In this document: in pieces, positions 16,174 to 23,971 of the stretch
Layout: each line of letters starts with the position of its first letter
Numbering within the stretch: the first letter of the stretch is position 1
Assembly: GCA_036555725.1 (NCBI GenBank)
Contig: DATBKU010000039.1
Span: forward strand, 742 to 64,741
Direction of reading: 5' to 3'
DNA length: 64,000 bases
Source: Streptosporangiaceae bacterium
GTDB taxonomy: Bacteria > Actinomycetota > Actinomycetes > Streptosporangiales > Streptosporangiaceae
Made by a program: the position numbers and the translations under genes
Notes under the pieces: generated by a model
The model's input: the letters and a program-made list of their open reading frames with translations, nothing else
Databases searched by the model: none
What the model was told of the DNA's origin: nothing

Positions 16174-18378
16174 TCACCCGCCACGCCTGCGGAACAGCTT
16201 GCGATGGTCGAGGCCGCGCCGCTCCGGCTTGGCCGCCAGGCGGTCGGTCAGCCGCGCCTTGGCCGGTTCGGCGAGCGCGGCCAGCAGTGCCGCCCGGAAC
16301 TCGGGGGTACGGGCGGCGAGCCGTTCGGCGGCCTTGGCGAAGGCGGCGTCGATCAGTGCGGGGGAGGCCGGCGCGGCGGCGACCTTGTCCAGCGACCGGG
16401 CCACGGCGGGTACCCCGGCGGCCCGGGCGAGCGCGCCGTAGCCGATGACGATGGTGGCGTCCGCGCGCGTCGTAGCCCCGCTCCCGTCCTGCCACCGGAC
16501 GGCGTCGAGCCGCTTGGCCAGCCGTACCACCTCCGGCGCCTCCAGTTCGTCGCGTACGGCGGCGAACGCGCGCGAGGGCAGCGCGGCCAGCGCCGGGTAG
16601 CGGGCGAGCGCCCCGCCCACCGAGTCGGCGCCCCACGAGTCGAGCAGCGCGTCGCACTCGGCGACCGTCGGCGCCGCGCCCGACCAGAGCGCGCGCAGGG
16701 CGGCGTCGACCTCCTCGGGGAGCGGCCCGGACCGGTCGAGCGCGATCGCGTCGCGCGTCAGCTCGACCCGCCTGGCCCGGTTGCGGCTGCCCACGGAGCT
16801 CAGCACCCGCAGCGCGACCCGCGGCGTCCCGGTGAGGTCGCGGCCGAGGGCGAGGTCGCACACCTGGTCGGTGAGCATGGTGGCCCGATTGCTCGCGGTC
16901 GCGGTCTCCAGCCCGGTCAGCGCGCCCGCGATGAGACTGTCGCGCAACCCCGGCGGTGCGGCGTGGATCGCGGCGAACAGGTCGCCGGCGGCCCGCCCGG
17001 CGCATCCGGCCGCGGCGGCGGTCACCTCGGAGCCCGGAAGCGGTACGTGACAGCGTTCGGCGAGGGCGGCGATCGCCGCGATCTCGATCAGGGTGAGTGC
17101 GGCCGCGACGGCGTCGGCGAACGCGGGCGCCAGCCCGGCTCGTGACGCGGATCCCCGCGCCGGGGCGAAGGCCGGGTCCGGGAGCCGGGGGCGCAGCTCC
17201 GGGTCGGCGAGCGCCAGCAGCACGCACCGCGTCGCGTAGCCCTCGGCGAGCTCGTCGTCGCCCGCGCCGTAGGTCAGGTCGCACAGCGCCGCCGCCAGCT
17301 CGAAGCCGAGGCGGGGGAGCGCGGGGGCCAGCTCGCGCCACACCCACGCCGGGACGTCCGCACCGTGCCGCCGCAGGAACTCGGCCGCCGCCGACTCCTC
17401 TACCGGTGTCACGCTCGGATCCCCCTGGCACAGCGCGAGCAGCGCAGCCGCCGTGTCGAACCCGGAGCCGAGCCCGGCCAGCTCGCTGAGCGCGTCGAGC
17501 CCCGCCAGGTCGTGCGCCTGCCACCGCAACGCTGCCGTACGGGCGTACCGCCCGCACCCCGGCGCGAACTCCCCGCTCCCGGGCGGCACCGGCGGGGCAT
17601 CCACGTGGGGTACCCGGTCAGGATCACGCGTGAAGAGCGGTGGGTCGATGAAGAGTGCGGGGGCGGTGTGGCCGGCAGAGGTGCCCGCGTCCCAGACGTC
17701 CGGGGTGGTGCCGACGAGGCGGTACGGCGCGTTGCCAGGGTCGTCGGTGTAGGTGATGAACGACAGCGCGGCGGCGGCCGCGGCGGGCAGCGAGTAGCAC
17801 ACCGCGGCGATCCAGCGGGCGATCACGTCGATGTCGTCGGCGGCGACGGTCACCCGGCCGTGGCCTTGCTCGATGGTCGTGACGACCGCGTCGAGCAGAT
17901 GAGCGAGCGTGCCGTACCCCGCGTCGGCGGCCAGCCAGCGCCCCAGCGTCTCCGGGTCGAACGCGTCGCCCGGGGCCAGGTCGTCGAGCGCCGGCAGGTC
18001 GCCCCGCGCGGGCACGTCGCTCCAGAAGTCGGCCCGCCACAGCTCGATCGGGCGTACGCCTTCGAGCTCGCCCGGCTCGGCCACGACCGCGTGCGCGAGG
18101 AAGTTGCCGTACCGCCCCGAGTAGTCGCGTCCCAGGTAGCGGCAGCGGACCAGCACCGCGCGCCCATCGGCCACGTCGTACGACAGCGCGACCGGGAAGC
18201 GCGCGAGCTCATCCCGGCCGGGGGCGGGCGGGGCGCCGGGCGGCGGCCGGTAGGTGAGGTACGGCGCCACGGACGCCTCGGCCCCGGGCGGCAGACCCGG
18301 CGTCGCCGCCACGAACTGGAAGCCCGCCCGGCCGGTCGGCCCGGACCGGGCGGAGGTGTACTGCAGCTGCCAGGCCAC
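16174..18378 (-). CDS. 734-aa GTPase-associated (GAP1-like) protein, N-terminal alpha/beta module plus Ala-rich helical body
   Basis: GTG start at 18378, 2 nt after the upstream TAA, with GGGAGA RBS. N-terminus VAWQLQYTSARSGPTGRAGFQFVAATPGL. The rest is predicted helical. No TM helix and no NTPase motifs. Confidence 0.65.
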   Translation of the reverse strand: MAWQLQYTSARSGPTGRAGFQFVAATPGLPPGAEASVAPYLTYRPPPGAPPAPGRDELARFPVALSYDVADGRAVLVRCRYLGRDYSGRYGNFLAHAVVAEPGELEGVRPIELWRADFWSDVPARGDLPALDDLAPGDAFDPETLGRWLAADAGYGTLAHLLDAVVTTIEQGHGRVTVAADDIDVIARWIAAVCYSLPAAAAAALSFITYTDDPGNAPYRLVGTTPDVWDAGTSAGHTAPALFIDPPLFTRDPDRVPHVDAPPVPPGSGEFAPGCGRYARTAALRWQAHDLAGLDALSELAGLGSGFDTAAALLALCQGDPSVTPVEESAAAEFLRRHGADVPAWVWRELAPALPRLGFELAAALCDLTYGAGDDELAEGYATRCVLLALADPELRPRLPDPAFAPARGSASRAGLAPAFADAVAAALTLIEIAAIAALAERCHVPLPGSEVTAAAAGCAGRAAGDLFAAIHAAPPGLRDSLIAGALTGLETATASNRATMLTDQVCDLALGRDLTGTPRVALRVLSSVGSRNRARRVELTRDAIALDRSGPLPEEVDAALRALWSGAAPTVAECDALLDSWGADSVGGALARYPALAALPSRAFAAVRDELEAPEVVRLAKRLDAVRWQDGSGATTRADATIVIGYGALARAAGVPAVARSLDKVAAAPASPALIDAAFAKAAERLAARTPEFRAALLAALAEPAKARLTDRLAAKPERRGLDHRKLFRRRGG

Positions 18379-18380
18379 CC

Positions 18381-19583
18381 TTATCTCCCGTCGAGCATGC
18401 CGAACCGGTACAGCAGCCACAGCAGCGGATCCTCGACCCGGTACGGCCGGACCCCGCCGGTACCGACCCGTCCGTCGCTGGGCACGCCGCCCAGCGCCGA
18501 GAGCCCGAAGAGCGCGTACTGGGCGTAGCGCTGGCCGAGGTACACATCGAGCTGCCCGGCCTGCCGCTCGTGCAGCAGGGCCCGTACCTGCTCGTGGACG
18601 GCCTCCCGGTCGTCGAGGTCGAGTGTGCCGGGGTTGCCGCGGGCGCGGTGCAGGGCCGACTGCCGCTCCGTCGCCGGGAGCATCGCGTCGATCTTGGTGA
18701 GCGCCACGGCCGCCGGGATGTCCAGGCGGCCCTTGTTCGGTCCGCGGCGCTGGGTGCCGCGCCGCCCGCTGACGATCTCGGTGACGCGTGCGATGACGTC
18801 GATCGGGTCGCTGTCGGGGCTGCCGCCGCCGGGCAGCTCGTGCGGGTCGACGAGGAAGATGATCGCGTCGGCCGCCTCCAGATAGCGCAGGTGCAGGTCG
18901 GCGACGTCCCGGCTGCGCAGGTCCTCGCCGGCGGTATCGAACAGCACGAGCGCGAGTGCGGCCTGCCGGGCCCGCCCGGTCCGGCCGGTGTTCGTCCGCG
19001 TCAGCAGGTAGACCAGCGGCTCGCGCGGCGCGGTCGCGGCGCTGGTGGTCGTCGGCAGCAGCCGCCGCTCGTCGTACAGCGGGCGGGCGAAGTCGCGCTT
19101 GTAGCGGTCGATGGTGCGGTCGTCGCAGGCGACCAGCGACGCGTCGAGCTCGGTGCCCACCCGGTTCATCAACTCGTGCAGCAGGACCGCGATGTACGTG
19201 CTCTTGCCCGCGTTCTTGGCGCCGACGAGGGCGACGATGCGGCCCGCGGTGTCGCAGTACGCGGCCGGCAGCGGGTTGTGGCACTCGGGACAGACCCGGC
19301 GCCCGGTCGGCCGGCCGCACTCGGGGCACTCGGCACGGGGGCGCGGCGCTCCGGACGGCGACCCGGCGCGCAGGGCCCGTGCCATGGCGTTCTTCCCGGG
19401 CCTGACCGGCGGCGGGAACACCGGTGGCAGCGAGGCGGCCGCGGTCGACCCGGTGTACCGGGCGAGCGCCTCGTCCAGCACCGGCCCGCACCCGGCGCCG
19501 CGTCCGGACCGGCCCACGCACCGGAACGCGATCCGGTCGCGCGGAACGGTCGCGAAGCAGTACGGGCAGGTCACCGTGCTCAT
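18381..19583 (-). CDS. soluble double-zinc-ribbon P-loop GTPase
   Basis: CPYC..C..C and CPEC-x10-CPEC ribbons. G1 GAKNAGKST, G3 FDTAGE, G4-like TKID. Paralogue of the GTPase domain in 14416..16170. Confidence 0.8.
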   Translation of the reverse strand: MSTVTCPYCFATVPRDRIAFRCVGRSGRGAGCGPVLDEALARYTGSTAAASLPPVFPPPVRPGKNAMARALRAGSPSGAPRPRAECPECGRPTGRRVCPECHNPLPAAYCDTAGRIVALVGAKNAGKSTYIAVLLHELMNRVGTELDASLVACDDRTIDRYKRDFARPLYDERRLLPTTTSAATAPREPLVYLLTRTNTGRTGRARQAALALVLFDTAGEDLRSRDVADLHLRYLEAADAIIFLVDPHELPGGGSPDSDPIDVIARVTEIVSGRRGTQRRGPNKGRLDIPAAVALTKIDAMLPATERQSALHRARGNPGTLDLDDREAVHEQVRALLHERQAGQLDVYLGQRYAQYALFGLSALGGVPSDGRVGTGGVRPYRVEDPLLWLLYRFGMLDGR

Positions 19584-19690
19584 GGCTCGCTCGTCCTTCT
19601 CGCTCGCGGGGCGGCCGGCCTCGTTCCTCGGCCGACCACTGCGCTTGCTCGGCGGATTCGCTCGCGGCTCATGGGGGTCTCATCGGGAAG

Positions 19691-22369
19691 TTATTGGAAC
19701 CGCAGGCGGCGGACCGGTGGGTCGGCCAGCTCCGCCTCGGCGCCGCTATCGAGGAAGCAGCGCAACCAGTATGGCCCGGTCTGTCCGGACCGGGGCTTCG
19801 GGATGGAAACCTCCAGGTCGGTGGGGCCGGTCAGGTCGAGGTCGTCCCAGGCGGCGACCGGCTCGCCGTCGCCCGGCCGCTGCGGGATGACCTTGCCGGC
19901 GCTGCGCACCAGCGTGAGCCGCCGCAGCCGGACGGACTGGTCGGGGGACAACGACAGGACGAGCCCGCGCCGCCACGGAGGCCCGGTCCGGTACAGGTCG
20001 TAGCGCACCAGGCACCGTCCCGGCACGGTCGTCGTCACCGGCGCCCCGCTCAGCCGGCTGCCGCCGGTCAGCCCGATCGAGCACACGGCGACCTCGACGG
20101 CGGCGCTCTCCGGTACGCCCAGCCGCAGGCCACCCTGCGCGTCGTACGCGGCCCGGGTCACCGTCAGCCGCCGCGGCCCGTCGCCGTTGACCTGGTAGGC
20201 CGCCTCGACCTCGGCCACCCCGGGCGGCCAGTCGAAGCCGACCATGATCACCTCGCCGCGGCGCTCGGCGACCAGGCCGGTCGGCGGCGGCAGGTTCACG
20301 TGCCGCCGGTGCGCCCCGATCGCGGCGGTGTCCCCGGCGATGGTGACGGCGAGCAGCACCCCGGTCGGGGCCTGGAACCGCAGGCCCTCGCGCGGCGGGG
20401 TGGCCGTGATCGGTACGGCGGCGAGCCGGCGCCCGGTCCGCAGCACCTCGGCCATCGGCACGATCGAGCCGTACGGCCACGGGGGCGCGGCGCCCAGCAC
20501 GACGACCTCGGCGGTGCCGCTCGACGGCGCGGCGAACGTGGCCACCACCCGGCCGGGATCGCCGGGGTCGGGCTCCACGGTGAGATCGGGGATGGGGGAG
20601 GGCGGCGCGGCGGGCGTGGCGGACCGCCATACGCCGGGCGTCGTCACCTCCGCCCCGTCGCGGTCCAGATAGACGGCGGTCAGCCGGTAGTGATACGTGC
20701 CCCCGTTCCGTACGGCGTGGTCGCGGAAGCTCTCCCGGTCGGCGGGCACCGGTACGTCGCCGCGAGTCACCAGCGTGCGGGCGGCCTCGGGCGGGCAGCG
20801 CCATCGGCCCGTCACCACGCCGTCGCCGGCGAACAGCTCGACGTCAGACGGCTCCGGCCGGACCAGCACCGGACCGGCGATCACGGGCGGGGCGGCAGCG
20901 TCGCCGCGCTGCGCCACCACGGCGTACGTGAGTGGCACGTTGACCGGCGGCCGCTCGTCGCGCACCGCGAGGTCGGCGGTGACCGCGATCTCCGTGCCGC
21001 TCCCGCCCGGCCCGGCCCGGACGACCTGGTAGTCGATATCGCCGGCCGTCGACGGCGAGGCCGGCCAGGTCAGCTGAACGGCCGTCCCGTCGACCGTGGC
21101 CTGCGCGGCGGGCACCGGACGGGGCGGCAGCCGGCGCCGGTGCTCCTCGGCGCCCGGCAGGTCGGGGACGAGCTGCAGTGCCTCGGCGAGCAGGTCCCAC
21201 GCCCGGTCGGGGTCCGGCGTGGCGGCCGCCGCGGACCGCAGCCGTACTCCCTCGGCCACCCGCTGCCGCGCCTCGGCGCCGAGGATGGTGGCGTCGCGGT
21301 CGAGGTTGCCGGGGGCGGTCTCGGCCAGCAACGCCTCGGCGACCAGCGCGGCGGCGTGCACCTCGCCGGCGTCGATCAGCTCCCGCAGCCGCCCGGCCGG
21401 GCCGCCCGCGCGCCCGCCCTCCTCCCGCTCGATGGCGAAGACGAGGCGCTGGGCGTCGTTTTCGTCGAGGCCCAGGTCGGCGGTCGCGTACCGCAGCAGG
21501 GCCCGTTCCGAGGCGCGCATGCGCTGCCGCTCCCGCAGCCGGTCCGCGATGTCGTACAGCACCAGCTCGTCGAGCTTCTCCTGCTTGACGGCGACCTTGA
21601 GCGCGACGAGCACCGTGTCGGCGTTGGTGGCGCTGCTGTCACGGGCGTGCCGCGCCCAGCGCTGCGCGACGGCCTCGACCTCGTCGCGGTCCAGCCGTAC
21701 GCCCGGGGCCTGGAAGCCGCCGAGCACCCGCATCGACCCGGTCAGCCGGGCGCCGAGCACGAAGTCGGGCACGTGCCGGTTGCCCAGAACATGCAGCGCC
21801 TCCCGTACGCGCTGAAAGGCCTGGTACGGCGGGACCGTGGGCAGCGGGTCGGGGTCGCGGATCTCGACACCGGAGGCGGCGGCCAGCTCGGCCAGCTCCG
21901 TCACGGCCAGTCCGCCCGCCCGGGCCAGGCTGTCGATATCGGCCGGGGCGAGCAGGCCCAGCGCGCCGGCCGCGTCGAGCAGCCGGGCCTTGGCCTCGAC
22001 CCGGCGCCGGGTCGTGTTCGCCTGCGCCGCGCGCAGCCTGGCCTGCAACGGCCCGAGGTCGCCGCCGGCCGCAGCGTCGAACACCGGCACGAGGGCGCGA
22101 TGCTCGGCCTCCAGCCGGTCGATCAGCTTGCGGTACTTCAGCTGGCCGCGCGCCCGCCGCCAGACCTGCCGCACCTCCTTGACCGAGCCGGCCACCTCGG
22201 CGGGCCGGAGCGGCTCGCGGAGCCGGTAGCGTACCCGCAGGTCCTCGGGCGGCTGGTCGCCCGCCGCCCGCGCGGGCTCCAGCACCTCCTGCTTGTACGC
22301 CTCGTCAACGTTCATGGGCTTGCTTCGCTTCGCCGGCTCGCGCGCGTTCGCCCGCGTGCTCGCGTGCAA
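19691..22369 (-). CDS. 892-aa protein: N-terminal helical region plus C-terminal FN3/Ig-like beta-sandwich array
   Basis: TTG start at 22369, 7 nt after AAGGTGAG and 3 nt after the Hsp70-like stop; alternative ATG at 22315. FN3-like segments (TAVQLTWPASP...YQVVRA, GGTYHYRLTAVY). No signal peptide, TM helix or HPD motif. Confidence 0.65.
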   Translation of the reverse strand: MHASTRANAREPAKRSKPMNVDEAYKQEVLEPARAAGDQPPEDLRVRYRLREPLRPAEVAGSVKEVRQVWRRARGQLKYRKLIDRLEAEHRALVPVFDAAAGGDLGPLQARLRAAQANTTRRRVEAKARLLDAAGALGLLAPADIDSLARAGGLAVTELAELAAASGVEIRDPDPLPTVPPYQAFQRVREALHVLGNRHVPDFVLGARLTGSMRVLGGFQAPGVRLDRDEVEAVAQRWARHARDSSATNADTVLVALKVAVKQEKLDELVLYDIADRLRERQRMRASERALLRYATADLGLDENDAQRLVFAIEREEGGRAGGPAGRLRELIDAGEVHAAALVAEALLAETAPGNLDRDATILGAEARQRVAEGVRLRSAAAATPDPDRAWDLLAEALQLVPDLPGAEEHRRRLPPRPVPAAQATVDGTAVQLTWPASPSTAGDIDYQVVRAGPGGSGTEIAVTADLAVRDERPPVNVPLTYAVVAQRGDAAAPPVIAGPVLVRPEPSDVELFAGDGVVTGRWRCPPEAARTLVTRGDVPVPADRESFRDHAVRNGGTYHYRLTAVYLDRDGAEVTTPGVWRSATPAAPPSPIPDLTVEPDPGDPGRVVATFAAPSSGTAEVVVLGAAPPWPYGSIVPMAEVLRTGRRLAAVPITATPPREGLRFQAPTGVLLAVTIAGDTAAIGAHRRHVNLPPPTGLVAERRGEVIMVGFDWPPGVAEVEAAYQVNGDGPRRLTVTRAAYDAQGGLRLGVPESAAVEVAVCSIGLTGGSRLSGAPVTTTVPGRCLVRYDLYRTGPPWRRGLVLSLSPDQSVRLRRLTLVRSAGKVIPQRPGDGEPVAAWDDLDLTGPTDLEVSIPKPRSGQTGPYWLRCFLDSGAEAELADPPVRRLRFQ

Positions 22370-22372
22370 CTA

Positions 22373-23959
22373 TCAGCTCACCTTGATCTTGGAGAGGGCG
22401 GCGCGGGACTTCTCGACCTCGGCCTCGGACATGCCGCCCACGTCGACCTGCAGCTCGAGGCGGTCACCGCTCTCCTTCTCGACCGCGGTGACGTGCAGCA
22501 GACCGGACGGGTCGAGCGCGAACGTGACTTCGATCGGCCAGCCGGCCTTCTTGCCCGGTGGGACCTTGACCGAGCCGGTGGCGATCTCGGTGTTGTCGGC
22601 CGGGTCGGCTGACTCGACGCTGCCGGCCTGCTCCATGACCTTGATGTCGGCGGCGTCCTGGTTGTCGTGGACCGTGTAGTAGTCCTCGGTCTTGGCCGCC
22701 GGCAGCTCGTCGTTCGCGTGGACCAGGTGACTCACCCGGTCGATGCCGCCGGCCTGCTGGTCGAGCACGATGATGCCGAACGCGCGCGACGCGACCGTCT
22801 TGATCTGGCGGCCCGCGATGTGGCGTCGCTGCTCCTCCGACAGCCCGGCCTTGCTGGCCATCTCCTCGGCCTTCTCCTCGGCGCCCTGCCGCAGCAGCCG
22901 CCGGTACGTCTCCTCGAAGGCGTACAGCGCCGCGCCCTTGGCGACCGCGAGGTCGGGGTCCTGCAGCCGCGGCGGCAGCCCGATCTCGTTCTCCAGCCGG
23001 GCCGCCACGCTCGGCATCTTCGTGGAGCCGCCGACGAGCACCAGCTCGTCATAGTCGTTGACGCCCTTGTCGGCGGCCGTCGCCAGCGTGCGGCCGGTGA
23101 GCTCGATCGTGCGGTCGAGCAGGTCCTTGGTGAGCTCCTCGAAGCGCTCCCGGGTGACCTCGATCGCGGCCACCCGTCCGTCGTGCATGACCCGTACGGT
23201 CTGCGCGGTGCGCGTGGTCAGCGCCTTCTTGGCCTCCTCGGCGTCGCGGCGGAGCTGCTGTTCGGTCTGCTTGTCGTCGAGCGGGTCGCCCGCGTCCGGG
23301 TGCTCCTTGCGGAACTGCTCGGCGAGGTACTCCACCAGCCGGGCGTCCCAGTCGGCGCCGCCCAGCTCATGGTCGCCGTCGGTGCAGATGACCTCGATGT
23401 GCCCGCCGCGCAGGGTGATGACCGTCGTGTCGAACGTGCCGCCGCCCAGGTCGTACACGAGGAGCGTGCGGTCCTGGTCTGGGTTGAGCACGCCGTACGT
23501 GATCGCCGCCGCGATCGGCTCGGAGATGATGTCGATGACGTTGAGCCCGGCGATCTGGCCCGCCTTGCGGGTGGCGTCGCGCTCGGCCGCGCCGAAGTAG
23601 GCCGGCACGGTGACGACGACGTCGCGGGCGTACTGCCCGGTCGTGGTGTGCGCGTCGGTCGCTAGCTTGAGCAGGATGAACGCGGACAGCTCCTCGGGCG
23701 TGTAGTCGAACCCGTGGATGTGCCGGGTGACGTCACGGCCCATGTCGCGCTTGATCAGGCTGACCACGTTGTCGGGCTCGAGCACGGCGGTGTCCTTCGC
23801 CGTCGCGCCCACGATGACGTTCTCCGCGGTCTCGAAGAAGACAACGGACGGCGTGGTATCGGTGCCCTCCATATTGCGCAGCACCGTCGGGCGGCCGACC
23901 TCGTCGATCGAGGCGATACACGAATACGTGGTTCCCAGGTCAATGCCGTAGACAGCCAT
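22373..23959 (-). CDS. Hsp70 family protein (DnaK-like, lid-less)
   Basis: MAVYGIDLGTTYS, DLGGGTFD and LVGGSTKMP actin-fold ATPase motifs. The SBD-beta is recognisable (WPIEVTFALDPSGLLHVTAVEKESG). The protein ends ~25 aa later, without the helical lid or EEVD tail. Confidence 0.9.
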   Translation of the reverse strand: MAVYGIDLGTTYSCIASIDEVGRPTVLRNMEGTDTTPSVVFFETAENVIVGATAKDTAVLEPDNVVSLIKRDMGRDVTRHIHGFDYTPEELSAFILLKLATDAHTTTGQYARDVVVTVPAYFGAAERDATRKAGQIAGLNVIDIISEPIAAAITYGVLNPDQDRTLLVYDLGGGTFDTTVITLRGGHIEVICTDGDHELGGADWDARLVEYLAEQFRKEHPDAGDPLDDKQTEQQLRRDAEEAKKALTTRTAQTVRVMHDGRVAAIEVTRERFEELTKDLLDRTIELTGRTLATAADKGVNDYDELVLVGGSTKMPSVAARLENEIGLPPRLQDPDLAVAKGAALYAFEETYRRLLRQGAEEKAEEMASKAGLSEEQRRHIAGRQIKTVASRAFGIIVLDQQAGGIDRVSHLVHANDELPAAKTEDYYTVHDNQDAADIKVMEQAGSVESADPADNTEIATGSVKVPPGKKAGWPIEVTFALDPSGLLHVTAVEKESGDRLELQVDVGGMSEAEVEKSRAALSKIKVS

Positions 23960-23971
23960 GGCCTCTACCAC

